A stretch of 58,894 nucleotides of DNA from a virus. Lineage: Duplodnaviria; Caudoviricetes. The translations under genes were made by a program, and so were the position numbers. Below the pieces are notes generated by a model. That model made no database searches and was not told where the DNA came from. It worked only from the letters and a program-made list of their open reading frames with translations. Positions within the stretch are counted from its first letter, which is position 1; each line of letters begins with the position of its first letter. Shown piece after piece: positions 39,297-48,605 of the stretch. Where the stretch lies: positions 1-58,894 of IMG/VR virus record IMGVR_UViG_3300044799_000109; one strand, written 5' to 3'.

Positions 39297-42055
39297 CCAA
39301 CGCCACGGCCTCCGAGATCGCAGCCATAGCGGCCCGCAAGCACCGGCCCTGGGCGTTCGTGACCATAAATGGGTTGCGCGTGATGGGTGTGCGCTGCCGT
39401 ATCCGTCACGGGTTCGGGCTGCCCACCGAGGGGGGCGGCAACGTCGTCGCCACCTGTGACCTGGAGTTGGTGACCCGGCCTCCCTGGCTCGCCTTCCGCC
39501 AGCGGGTCGAGGTGGACCTCGGCTGGGTCGCAGGGTCCAACATGGTCAGGCGCCGGAGGTTCACTGGCTACGTCGAGGACGATGGTGCCGCAGCCTGGCC
39601 TCAACGCCGAACGATCAAGGCGGTCGGGTTCTTGAGGTGGGCCGAGAGCAAGACGCCGATCGCCATCACCTACGCCACGGCACCCGGCGGGGCGGGCACC
39701 CGGTCGATGATCATCGCCTTACTGGCCAGCGCCGGCGTGACCGACGTCGACATTCAGGGCGACGACACGACGCTCGGTACCGTCGAGGACGTGTCCCTCG
39801 CGGCTCGACAGTCGTACCTGAGTCTCGTCCAACAGATCGACCACCCGCACCTCGACGTGACCTTCGACTGGCTGCCCTCCGGCAAGGTGCGGCGGGCGAC
39901 GATCACCGCTCTGCCTGCGGCTAGCCCGGTCTGGAGTTACGAGTACCCGGGCGAAGTCGTAGAGATCGACAACCCGACGACGATCCGGGAGGTGCGCAAC
40001 CGAGTCGAGGTGATCGGCCTGGATGAAGCCACGGCCACCCGCCGGGCAGACAGTCCGTATGTGCGTTCTGGCTACGACGAGATCCAGGAGGTCAGCAATG
40101 ACCTGATCGAGTCGGATATCGAGGCCGCTGAGGTTGCGTTGCTCTGGATGCCCTCCGTCAACCGGATAACCCGGCGGGTCCGCGGTCGGGTGCCCGGCAA
40201 TCCGCTTCTTCAGGGTGGCGACACGATCGAGTTCACCGCCCTCGGACTCAGCGTGCCAATAGACCATGAGATGCTCTGGCTGGGCGAGATCGACGAGGAG
40301 TACAGCGGCCGCGGCTACTGGATGTGGCTGACGCTCTACGGCGGCGCAGGCCAGAGTGGCTATCCGGTGTACGTGCCCTACGCCGACTTCACCTTCAAGA
40401 TCGTGGTCGAGAAGTTTGATATGGGCGGTGGCGCAGGCACGTACTACATCGTCTACTGCGATGGATCGGCATCATCGAGTCCTGACGGCTCGGCTCTGAC
40501 CTACGCCTGGAGCAACGACCAGACAGTAGCCACCAGCACGGCCATTACCTATACCTTCGTGCTGACCGAGGCCGAGTTGGACGCGCCCTGCGTCGTGACT
40601 CTCGTCGTCACGAACGCGAGTGCCGAGACGGACACGGCAACTATCTCGCTGCCAGCCCACGATTCAGGCGACATCGAGGGGCGGCTGATGTATCTCGCCA
40701 AGGAGACAGACGCCGACGCCACGCCCGACAGTGGAGTCACTTGGAACACGGTCACAGACAACGCCATCTGCACGCCGGAGATCGCTGGGGAGACCCACTC
40801 CTACTTCGGGGTCGGGTCCACGCTGGTCTACACCGGGGACTTCCTGGCGACGGCGACGGTGCTGATCCACACGTTCACCGCGGGGGTGAACTGCATCTGG
40901 ATCAACGAAGTGAACGCCGACAAGGTCGCAGTCGGATTGGCCGATGGCGCAGTCTGGACCACAAACAATGCCTCAGCCTTGGCGGCCTCCATCTGGACAA
41001 AGGCTTACCAGTTCGGGCTCGCAGTGAACTGGATCATCTGGTCCTGGGACAACGTGATCTGGGCCTGCATGGGTATGCAGATCATCGCCAGTGGTGTCGT
41101 CCAGTGGCAACTCGACGCGGGCTATACGGCGAAGCGGCTCGCACTATCGTTCTTCGCCCACTACGCGGCAGGCGACGATGGTGCGGGCAACGTCCAGGTG
41201 AAGCGCAACGATGGCTTCCCGCTCACATTCGGCGGGGGAGCCCCTGCCAGACTCGGCGGGCTGACTCACCATATTCTTGAGGACATCCTCTATGCCGCCG
41301 ACGAGGCAGGCAAGTTCTACAGGAAGGCGCCGGGTTCCACGGAGTTGACCTTCATCGCCACCATCGGCGGCGACGAGTGCTTCCACCTGCTCAGGGACGG
41401 CACTGAACCGCTGATCCTCTGGGCGAGTTGCGCGAGTGGGCTCTACAAGACCTTCGATGGCGGCTACAACTGGTACCTGGAGCGCGCCGGCAAGACGCTG
41501 ATGGCGGGGTACGGGAGTTCGCCGTGGGCGGTGACTGTCCCAGTCTCGCTGCTTTCCACGATTGGCGAGGGGACGGTGCTCGGGATTGGCGTGCAGACCC
41601 TCCCGACGACAGGTGGCGGTGAGCCGGCGAACTGGAAGGATGTCACCTTCGACGACTCCGGCTGGGCGGCGCCGGTGTGGTCGGGTTCCAACGGCAACCC
41701 GATTCCCTACGCTGGTACCGACAACGTCGACGTGAAGACCCACGACCAGGCTGGCAATGAGTCACCGAACGGGGACGTAGATCTTCACCGCCGGACCTTC
41801 GTGCTTACCGGGTCCGTCGTCACCACGGCGACTCTGAAGATCCGGGCCAACGGCTACCTGGATGCCTGGATCAATGGCGTGTTCGTGGGGCAGGCGCACA
41901 TCTATGCCACCGGCGATCTCTTCTACAACCAACTCGAGGTGAGCGTGCCCCTTACCGTCTTCCTGACCGATGGAGCCACCAACGTGCTCGCCGTCCGCAA
42001 CCAGAACGACGTGGGCTGGGGCCACGGAATCACCTACGACCTGGAGGTGAGTTGA
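39293..42055 (+). CDS. Tail tip / hub protein with PKD-like, propeller-like and carbohydrate-binding-like domains
   Basis: RNRVEV, PGNPLLQGGD, DGSASSSPDG..LTYAWS, FDDSGW. Confidence 0.8.
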   Translation: MTNATASEIAAIAARKHRPWAFVTINGLRVMGVRCRIRHGFGLPTEGGGNVVATCDLELVTRPPWLAFRQRVEVDLGWVAGSNMVRRRRFTGYVEDDGAAAWPQRRTIKAVGFLRWAESKTPIAITYATAPGGAGTRSMIIALLASAGVTDVDIQGDDTTLGTVEDVSLAARQSYLSLVQQIDHPHLDVTFDWLPSGKVRRATITALPAASPVWSYEYPGEVVEIDNPTTIREVRNRVEVIGLDEATATRRADSPYVRSGYDEIQEVSNDLIESDIEAAEVALLWMPSVNRITRRVRGRVPGNPLLQGGDTIEFTALGLSVPIDHEMLWLGEIDEEYSGRGYWMWLTLYGGAGQSGYPVYVPYADFTFKIVVEKFDMGGGAGTYYIVYCDGSASSSPDGSALTYAWSNDQTVATSTAITYTFVLTEAELDAPCVVTLVVTNASAETDTATISLPAHDSGDIEGRLMYLAKETDADATPDSGVTWNTVTDNAICTPEIAGETHSYFGVGSTLVYTGDFLATATVLIHTFTAGVNCIWINEVNADKVAVGLADGAVWTTNNASALAASIWTKAYQFGLAVNWIIWSWDNVIWACMGMQIIASGVVQWQLDAGYTAKRLALSFFAHYAAGDDGAGNVQVKRNDGFPLTFGGGAPARLGGLTHHILEDILYAADEAGKFYRKAPGSTELTFIATIGGDECFHLLRDGTEPLILWASCASGLYKTFDGGYNWYLERAGKTLMAGYGSSPWAVTVPVSLLSTIGEGTVLGIGVQTLPTTGGGEPANWKDVTFDDSGWAAPVWSGSNGNPIPYAGTDNVDVKTHDQAGNESPNGDVDLHRRTFVLTGSVVTTATLKIRANGYLDAWINGVFVGQAHIYATGDLFYNQLEVSVPLTVFLTDGATNVLAVRNQNDVGWGHGITYDLEVS

Positions 42056-42056
42056 C

Positions 42057-43052
42057 GTGAGCCAGCAGATGCCCTCCTACCTCCGGCCGGTCATCGCCTA
42101 CATCCTGTCGCTCGTCAACAAGAGTCTCATCGTCAAGCAACTCGGCGGCCACAACACGATCCCGGGGAGCGTCCTGGGCAAACACCACACATCGCATGAG
42201 GACGGCGGCAGCGATGAGATCAGCGTCGCCGGCCTCTCCGGCACCCTCGCCGACGACCAGCCGCCGAAGGCGCACGGCCACACTGCCGCTGCCCACGACG
42301 GCGGGCAGTTTCCGCTCGTCAACCTGCAGAGCACCGGGGCCGATGCTGACGATGTGCCGATCGCGGACGGAGCGGGCGGAATCGACTGGGGGCCGCAGTC
42401 AGGAGGATCGCCCGACGCCGCGGACGTCACCTACGCACCAGCCGTGGCAACGGACTGGGATGGGGATGCCGATCCTGGCAACGCGGACGACGCCCTCGAT
42501 CAACTTGCCGAGCGCATCGACGACATCGAAGGCGCGGGCTACCTCACGGCTGTAGATGCCGCCGACGTGACGTACACCCCGACGACTGCCGCCGATTGGG
42601 ACTCGGATGCGGACCCGGGCGACCTCGACGAGGCGCTGGACCAGTTGGCGGAGCGCGTTGACGACCTGGAGGCCGCGGGCGGCGGCGCGATGGCAACCGA
42701 CCCGCTCTGGGACGCCCTCGGCGACCTGGCATATGGCACCGGCGCGGACACCGCGACCAGGCTCGCCGGCAACACGACGACGACGCGCAAGTTCCTGCGG
42801 CAGACTGGCGCGGGTGGCGGCGTCAGTGCCGCTCCGGACTGGGACACGCTGGCCGCTGGGGACTACCCGGATATGGTCGGCGCCAACGGTGGGGCTGGCA
42901 CTAAGGGCGCGGTGCCAGCACCGGCGGCTGGCGACTCTGCCGCCGGGCGTTATCTCAGAGCCGATGGCACCTGGGCGATTCCATCGGGCACAGGAGCTCC
43001 CGCCGAGGGCAGTGCTGGCTCTCGCGTCTACGCCTACCGGACGTTCAAGTGA
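42057..43052 (+). CDS. Tail fibre-like protein with internal repeat
   Basis: HEDGGSDEI, duplicated ~39-aa block, GAVPAPAAG..YLRADGTW. Confidence 0.75.
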   Translation: MSQQMPSYLRPVIAYILSLVNKSLIVKQLGGHNTIPGSVLGKHHTSHEDGGSDEISVAGLSGTLADDQPPKAHGHTAAAHDGGQFPLVNLQSTGADADDVPIADGAGGIDWGPQSGGSPDAADVTYAPAVATDWDGDADPGNADDALDQLAERIDDIEGAGYLTAVDAADVTYTPTTAADWDSDADPGDLDEALDQLAERVDDLEAAGGGAMATDPLWDALGDLAYGTGADTATRLAGNTTTTRKFLRQTGAGGGVSAAPDWDTLAAGDYPDMVGANGGAGTKGAVPAPAAGDSAAGRYLRADGTWAIPSGTGAPAEGSAGSRVYAYRTFK

Positions 43053-43060
43053 GGTGACCG

Positions 43061-43456
43061 ATGCCGGCTAACACCTATCCGATCTTCGCCCTGGTGCCGC
43101 ACAATGAGGGCGTCACGTTCACTGATGCCGACACGACTGACAAGAAGACCGTCTGCACGCCCGGGGCAAACGGCAGTCGGATCGACGGGATCTTCGTCTG
43201 CACCAACGACACCGCGGCAGTCAACCTGGCCTTCTACATCAACGACGGGGCGGCCGACCTCTACATCGGCAACGTCGTGGTCCCGATCGGCTCGGGTTAC
43301 ACGTCCGTGGTCCGGGTGGAGGCTCTCAACACCCTGCGGCCACTGGGAATGGCTGCCCTCTGTATACCGGATGGCTGCCTGCTCAAGTGCAACTGCGTCG
43401 CGACGATGACAGCGGGCAAGGTCACGACGGTGGTTGCCATCGGCGGGGACTTCTGA
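43061..43456 (+). CDS. Minor tail / structural protein
   Basis: GAGGTG RBS; follows the fibre gene. Confidence 0.65.
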   Translation: MPANTYPIFALVPHNEGVTFTDADTTDKKTVCTPGANGSRIDGIFVCTNDTAAVNLAFYINDGAADLYIGNVVVPIGSGYTSVVRVEALNTLRPLGMAALCIPDGCLLKCNCVATMTAGKVTTVVAIGGDF

Positions 43457-44166
43457 TGGACGAGAGCTTCTACGGCTTCCCGCACCCCAGCCTGGAGCAA
43501 CTGACGCGCGAGTCCAACCTCGTCTTCCACATGCGTGCCGAGACTGGCGTGGTCAAGGATGGTGCTGATCTCGTCTCACAGTGGTCCGATCTCGGCCCGC
43601 GTGGCTATCACCTTACCCAACCCACCGCTACGAACCAGCCCCTCTGGGTCGCCAACATGGTCAACGGCCGGCCAGCCATCCGCTTCGACGGCGTGGACAA
43701 CTATCTGACCCGGGCCTACGCCCTGCCGTTGACCGGGGCTGGGTTCACGGTCGCACTGGTGTTCCGACCCCGGGGCGCCGAGGCCGGCGAGGGCATCTAC
43801 GCCTGGCAGGGGGCACTTGGGGATGGGCTTCCCTGCCTCATTCTCCAGCGCAACAATCCAAACATCCGCTACTTCATGACGAGTGGTTACTATTTCTCGA
43901 CGGCGCACACGACTGACGCCTGGGCGCTACACGTCCTGACCTATGCTCCAGCCTCTACGCTGTGGAGCCTCTACATCGACAATAGTGCGGTGGTGACCCA
44001 ATCCCTGGCTGCTGGCGGCAACAATAGCCGGGTGGATATCGGGAACTCCTACGGCGGCTACGCTTACATGGAGATCGCCGAACTCTGGCACTTCGACAAG
44101 GTGCTGAGCTCTGACGAGATCGGCTGGCTCCGGGCGGCGATGAACGCCGACTACGCGCTCTGGTGA
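43456..44166 (+). CDS. LamG/concanavalin-like domain virion protein
   Basis: VSQWSDL, NGRPAIRFDGVDNYL, IAELWHFDKVLS. Confidence 0.8.
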   Translation: MDESFYGFPHPSLEQLTRESNLVFHMRAETGVVKDGADLVSQWSDLGPRGYHLTQPTATNQPLWVANMVNGRPAIRFDGVDNYLTRAYALPLTGAGFTVALVFRPRGAEAGEGIYAWQGALGDGLPCLILQRNNPNIRYFMTSGYYFSTAHTTDAWALHVLTYAPASTLWSLYIDNSAVVTQSLAAGGNNSRVDIGNSYGGYAYMEIAELWHFDKVLSSDEIGWLRAAMNADYALW

Positions 44167-44172
44167 TTGGTG

Positions 44173-44697
44173 ATGAGAATCTACGCGCTGGACAGTGGAC
44201 AGATCGTCTACTTGCTGGGCGAGGCCGGAGAGGACCTGATGCCCCGGGAGAAGGTCAGCGGGCCGGTCCACAGTCTGCGATTCGACGAGGCGACGAACGT
44301 CGCGCTGGCGGCGCATCTGTCCGCCCGACCCTACGACTACACGCTGATCGCCCAGCAACTCGCCCGGTTCGGAGTGCCGGCGGTGATCGCTCTCCCTCGC
44401 CAGGCGTGGCTCGACGAGGAGGCGGCCGCGGCGGCGAAGGTCGCGTTCCGGGGCCTCCCCGACTGGGCGACCTGGACGGCAGTGCAGGCCAGCGCCTACG
44501 TCCATAGCAACGTGCTCGGCGGGTGGGATAAGGCGCAACTCGACGCCTACGTCGACGCCAACGTGACGACGATCGCTACGGCCAGGACGGCTCTCAAGCA
44601 ACTCGGCGAGGAGTTGATCGACCTCCGGGCGATCTGCGAGCGGCTGGCCGAGGCGGTGGTGTATCTCAGGGACGTGGCCGTCAGGCGGGTAGGGTAG
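44173..44697 (+). CDS. Hypothetical protein
   Basis: ORF in the tail operon. Confidence 0.65.
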   Translation: MRIYALDSGQIVYLLGEAGEDLMPREKVSGPVHSLRFDEATNVALAAHLSARPYDYTLIAQQLARFGVPAVIALPRQAWLDEEAAAAAKVAFRGLPDWATWTAVQASAYVHSNVLGGWDKAQLDAYVDANVTTIATARTALKQLGEELIDLRAICERLAEAVVYLRDVAVRRVG

Positions 44698-44768
44698 GAG
44701 GGCAGACCTTGCGGCTAGGCGAGGGGGCACGGCGGGGCTGGCGGCGGGGGTAGCCCAGGAGGTGATGC

Positions 44769-44960
44769 GTGGATATCTGGCAGAGCATTCTCAGTTCGCG
44801 GGTGCTCGAGCTACTGACGGAGCGGCTGGCGCTGCTCGCCCTCGGCGGCGGGATCGGAGCGGTCGCGGAGGTGCTGCTTCACCCAGTCGAACGTGCTTTC
44901 GTCGTACTTGAGCGTCTGGTGTTGGGGTGGCGGAGGTGGAGAAGCTCCGGGCTCGAGTAA
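44769..44960 (+). CDS. Small membrane protein
   Basis: AGGAGG RBS; hydrophobic segment. Confidence 0.5.
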   Translation: MDIWQSILSSRVLELLTERLALLALGGGIGAVAEVLLHPVERAFVVLERLVLGWRRWRSSGLE

Positions 44961-45139
44961 CGTGGTTCATCACGATCCTGACCGGCGCGCTGGTAGTTGC
45001 GGATATGTTGGACGACATGCTTTTAGGCAATCGTTGGGCGGGCTGCCCGAAGGAGTTGTTTCCATTGTTGGGCGCAATCCTTGCGGGACTCTATGCGAAC
45101 GAGGCGCTGCGACGGATTGGCGGCGCTAGGAAGGAGTGA
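44927..45139 (+). CDS. Holin-like protein, 2 TM segments
   Basis: Two hydrophobic segments; upstream of the endolysin. Confidence 0.55.
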   Translation: MAEVEKLRARVTWFITILTGALVVADMLDDMLLGNRWAGCPKELFPLLGAILAGLYANEALRRIGGARKE

Positions 45140-45146
45140 GGATAGA

Positions 45147-45437
45147 ATGGACAGCATCATCGAGTTAGCCCTGGCGGCAACCGCCGTGGCGAAGACGCTG
45201 ATTGACCTGCTCAGGCTAGCTACCGACCTGCCGCGCTGGGGTCCGCCTGTCGGGGCCATCGTGGTAGGCATTGCCACCGTGACGCTGCTGGCCCTCGCCA
45301 ATGGCCTGCCGTTCACGACGCAGGGGACGGCGCAGGTAATCCTAGCGGGCATCTTGGCAGGGGGGTCGGCTGTCGGCGTCACCGTACTCGCACGCACGGC
45401 TGACAGCACGGTGGTAACGAGGCGCGGCGGACCGTGA
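45147..45437 (+). CDS. Putative holin
   Basis: Three hydrophobic segments; directly before the endolysin start. Confidence 0.7.
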   Translation: MDSIIELALAATAVAKTLIDLLRLATDLPRWGPPVGAIVVGIATVTLLALANGLPFTTQGTAQVILAGILAGGSAVGVTVLARTADSTVVTRRGGP

Positions 45438-46185
45438 CTCGACTAGGTCTTCATTTGCCGAACCGCCGGCTACTGCCCGGCGAACTCGCACAACTCGTCG
45501 AGCTAACTGAGCCAGCGCCAACTCTCACCGCGCACGATACGAGAGATCTGAGTCTGACTCATGCCGAATCCGTCAACCAAACGGCGGTAAGATGCACCCT
45601 CCTCCCGCCGCTTGCGGATGGCTCGGACAATCTCGGGCGTCACCTTGGCATTCCACTGACTCGTGCCCAGCGGAAACCTCTGGCGCCCCTTGTCGATCAT
45701 GTCTCGCACGTTGTCAGCTTGGCGACCGACAAAGAGGTGTGCGGGATTGACGCACTCGGGGTTGTCGCAAGCATGGCAGACTACCGCCCCAGCAGGTATT
45801 GGCCCATTGTGAAGTTCATAGGAGAACCGATGTGCCCGCAGTTGCCGCCGTGGACGTGTGAGGAGGGGCAGGTAGCTGTAGCCACGCCGGTCTTTTGCGC
45901 CCTTCCAGAGCCAACAACCCGGCGTCTTCTCGACCCGCCTCCAAAACATCATGACCAATTCATCTTGGGAGTGGGGGAGGCGGTTGGGGAATCTGATAGG
46001 ATTGGAGCGCATGGCGAACCTCCAATTCGCTGTGCCATGCCCCCGGCCGTCGCAAGCGGCGCGGGGGTTTCAGGTTGCCCACATTGTAGCACCCCTGTTC
46101 GGAGGGAGCAACGATGACCCGGCTCGGGATGCATCTACCAAACCGACCGTTCCAATCCGGCGAGATGGAGAGGATCATCGCCCTG
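45434..46185 (-). mobile_element. Antisense homing-endonuclease cassette 2 with duplicated endolysin N-terminus (boundaries approximate)
   Basis: MTRLGLHLPNR..GE at 45434 versus MTRLGMHLPNR..GE at 46114; TGcTACAAT at 46083-46092 on the minus strand. Confidence 0.8.
45503..46012 (-). CDS. HNH homing endonuclease (cassette 2)
   Basis: FWRRVEKTPGCWLWKG, AHRFSY, CHACDNPECVNPAHL; GGAGG RBS. Confidence 0.92.
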   Translation of the reverse strand: MRSNPIRFPNRLPHSQDELVMMFWRRVEKTPGCWLWKGAKDRRGYSYLPLLTRPRRQLRAHRFSYELHNGPIPAGAVVCHACDNPECVNPAHLFVGRQADNVRDMIDKGRQRFPLGTSQWNAKVTPEIVRAIRKRREEGASYRRLVDGFGMSQTQISRIVRGESWRWLS

Positions 46186-47511
46186 GGCTGCTCTGACTAC
46201 GTAGACCTCGACCTCTGGCCCGATAGGTGGCAACGGATCATCGAGCGGCAACCCACCGCTAGGATTCACGTTCGCGGCTACCGCCGCGATGCGCTCGCCG
46301 ATCCCTCTGAGGAAGCCGACTGGCTGCTCGGGCTGATGAGTCGGTACGGTCGCTGGGTGGCGACCTGGCGGACGCGGAATGAACCGCAGTTGGAAAGCCC
46401 GGGAGTCACGCCCGGTCAGTGGTGCGACTGGCTCTGTGCGTTCGGGGAAGCCTGCGGGCCTGCCCACCGGGGCCAGCATCTACTATACACGCCCGCACCT
46501 TCGCCCAGCGTACAGTTCCCCACCTGGTGGGCGGCGACGGCGTCAGCAGCGGCGACTGGCCACTTCGACGGGATGGATGTTCACGCCTATGGTTCGCCGG
46601 AAGAGGTGTCCATAGTTCTGGGGGAGGCGCGGGACCAGTGGGCGAGGCCCCTACTTTGCTCGGAGACGAATTTCGGGGCGGGCCGCTCCTATGACCTCCG
46701 GGTCTACGCCGCAGCGCTCCCAGTCGTCCACCAGGTCTGCGAGGCGCACCACGTCGAGGCGCTCTGCCTGTTCATCTGGCAGTGGGCGAACCCGCCGGCG
46801 CTCCCGACCACGGTGGACGTGCGGGGCACCGTCGTCGAGGGGGCGGTCCGCGAGCTGGCGAAGTGTCTGAACGGAGGTGACCCGATGGCTAGCAGCGACT
46901 ACCCGGCGGCGGCATGGCGACCCGTGGCGAACCACGACGACGGGAGGGCCGGGCACCAGCCCGTCGCGATCTGTTACCACATCGCCGAGGGCTACCTCGT
47001 CAACCTATTCGGGCTATTCAACGACCCGGCGAAGAAGGTGAGCGCCCAGTATGGCGTCGGCAAGGGCGGCCTGATCGAGGAGTACGTCGCCGAGCGGGAT
47101 ACCGCCTGGGGTGCTAATTGGAACAAGCCGGAGTTGCGCAACCGCTTCATCGTGGACGCCTACGGCCATAAGGTGGATCCCGATCTCGTGTTCGTCCATA
47201 TCGAGTGCGAGGGCTTCCCGGGCGAGCCGATGCCAGAGCCGCAGTATCAGGCGCTGCTCGGTCTGACCCGGTCGATCTTCGCGCGGCACAGCTGGCCGGG
47301 GAGCGATGCCGATCGCTTCATCGGGCACTACCAACTCGACTCGGTCAACAGGGCGCAGGATCCGGGGATCGGCTTCCCCTGGCAGAGACTGCGCGCCGAG
47401 ATCAGTGCAAAACCTATCGTGGACCTGTCCGCCGAGGCGACTCGCCTCTATGCCCTCTCCGCCAGCCTGGCCCAGCTGGTCATGGACATCAAGGCAAAGA
47501 CAGGAGTTTGA
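46114..47511 (+). CDS. Endolysin: glycoside-hydrolase-like N-terminal domain plus Amidase_2 domain
   Basis: RNEP, DVHAY, SETN; ICYHIAEG, VSAQY, TAW, IECEG, GHYQ, DPG..FPW. Confidence 0.88.
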   Translation: MTRLGMHLPNRPFQSGEMERIIALGCSDYVDLDLWPDRWQRIIERQPTARIHVRGYRRDALADPSEEADWLLGLMSRYGRWVATWRTRNEPQLESPGVTPGQWCDWLCAFGEACGPAHRGQHLLYTPAPSPSVQFPTWWAATASAAATGHFDGMDVHAYGSPEEVSIVLGEARDQWARPLLCSETNFGAGRSYDLRVYAAALPVVHQVCEAHHVEALCLFIWQWANPPALPTTVDVRGTVVEGAVRELAKCLNGGDPMASSDYPAAAWRPVANHDDGRAGHQPVAICYHIAEGYLVNLFGLFNDPAKKVSAQYGVGKGGLIEEYVAERDTAWGANWNKPELRNRFIVDAYGHKVDPDLVFVHIECEGFPGEPMPEPQYQALLGLTRSIFARHSWPGSDADRFIGHYQLDSVNRAQDPGIGFPWQRLRAEISAKPIVDLSAEATRLYALSASLAQLVMDIKAKTGV

Positions 47512-47518
47512 CCTACCC

Positions 47519-47547
47519 TTGACAGCGACCGCTCAGCCTGCGATAAT
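47519..47547 (+). promoter_or_regulatory. Sigma70-type promoter of the RAMP moron
   Basis: TTGACA, 17 nt, then (TGc)GATAAT. Confidence 0.8.
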
Positions 47548-47551
47548 GGTG

Positions 47552-47660
47552 TTGCTGAGGGTCGTCGGTCGTTTTGTTTTGTCGCAGGTAACAGCCCGGA
47601 TGTCTGGCCGAACGGCCGCGACCCTCAGCAAGTTGCGACCGGTCAGATGTCCGGGCTTTT
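47552..47660 (+). ncRNA. Structured 5' leader / attenuator-like RNA
   Basis: 13-bp perfect inverted repeat 47552-47564/47619-47631; 18-bp stem with GU pairs 47593-47610/47640-47657 running into TTTT. Confidence 0.55.
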
Positions 47661-47691
47661 GCCTGTTCGGCAAGGCAAGGGAGGCCAGTCC

Positions 47692-48270
47692 ATGTACCAG
47701 GTCGGAGTCTCGATCAAGGGGACCGCTCCGCTCATGCAGCATCGATTCCCAATGCCGGATCTCGCCACGCAGGCGAAGGGCGGTCACAAGTCGGCGGGTG
47801 CCAAGGACTACACCCAGGAATGGCGAGACTACTTCTACGCCACGGCCGAGGGTGACATCTTCCAACCCGCTGCCCACATCGAGGGCGCGCTCATCAAGGC
47901 GGCCGTCAACTTCAAGGTCAGTGGCAAGCGCGGCAAGACGTACAAGGATCTCATCAGCGCCAACGTGTTCATCGACCCCGATCGGATTCTCCACGGTATC
48001 AAGGTGCCCGAGGAACTGGATACCGATGCCGACAAGCCGCTCTATCTCGACATGCGCCCTGTCGTGGTCCAGCGGTCCCGCGTGGTCAGGATCAGGCCGG
48101 CGTTCTGTCCGGGCTGGGTACTCGGCTTCGATATCCAGGTAATCGAGGACGAGATTAGCGCGGACATTCTCCAGGACATCCTGACGCTGGCAGGCAAGAC
48201 GGTAGGCATCGGGGACTATCGCCCACGGTTCGGACGGTTCAGCGTAGCGCGGTTCGAGGTCGCAAAGTAG
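47692..48270 (+). CDS. Standalone RAMP / Cas7-like RNA-binding protein (VIPR-like effector candidate)
   Basis: I.GTAPL N-terminal strand, P..HIEGAL helix, R.RP, G-rich loop GIGDYRPRFGRF; GGAGG RBS. Confidence 0.8.
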   Translation: MYQVGVSIKGTAPLMQHRFPMPDLATQAKGGHKSAGAKDYTQEWRDYFYATAEGDIFQPAAHIEGALIKAAVNFKVSGKRGKTYKDLISANVFIDPDRILHGIKVPEELDTDADKPLYLDMRPVVVQRSRVVRIRPAFCPGWVLGFDIQVIEDEISADILQDILTLAGKTVGIGDYRPRFGRFSVARFEVAK

Positions 48271-48605
48271 TCTTTGTGGCAGGGGTGTGGTCTGGTAGTG
48301 CGCGGTAGAGTGTGGCCTGGTGCGAAGAGGCTGGGTCAGGTGGGGCGAGGTAAGGCAAGGCCCTCTCTTTGTGGCGAGGGTGCGGCCTGGCGTGATCAGG
48401 CTTGGCGCGGCGCGGTGAGGCGTGGCAGAGTGCGGCAATGCGTGGCGGGGTGTGGCTGGGTCTGGTCTGGCAAGCCAAGGCACTCGACTTGTGGTGAGGG
48501 TGAGGTCGGATCGGATAAGTTCCGGTCGGGCGAGGCGAGGAGCGGCGGGGCTGGGCCTGGTATGGCGATGACAGGCGCGAACTGGTAGGGTAGGGCATGG
48601 TCGCC
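48271..48605 (+). ncRNA. Three-unit array of (GGY-NN)n repeats, putative guide RNAs
   Basis: Units start at 48271, 48366 and 48486 with TTGTGGY; strict 5-nt period of GGY-like triplet plus variable dinucleotide. Confidence 0.8.

Noticed and set aside
39293-44697. Diversity-generating retroelement acting on tail genes
   Set aside because: No reverse transcriptase and no template/variable repeat pair with adenine-specific mismatches were seen.
46300-46335. Alternative self-match of array unit 3 to the endolysin (PSEEADWLL)
   Set aside because: Fewer matching dinucleotides than the tail-chaperone hit. It shows that partial gapped matches can arise by chance.
48271-48605. Canonical CRISPR array, or protein-coding ORFs 48274-48588 (+), 48239-48610 (-) and 47533-48483 (-)
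   Set aside because: There are no identical direct repeats separated by spacers. The period is 5 nt, not 3, and the ORFs are low-complexity by-products of the repeat.
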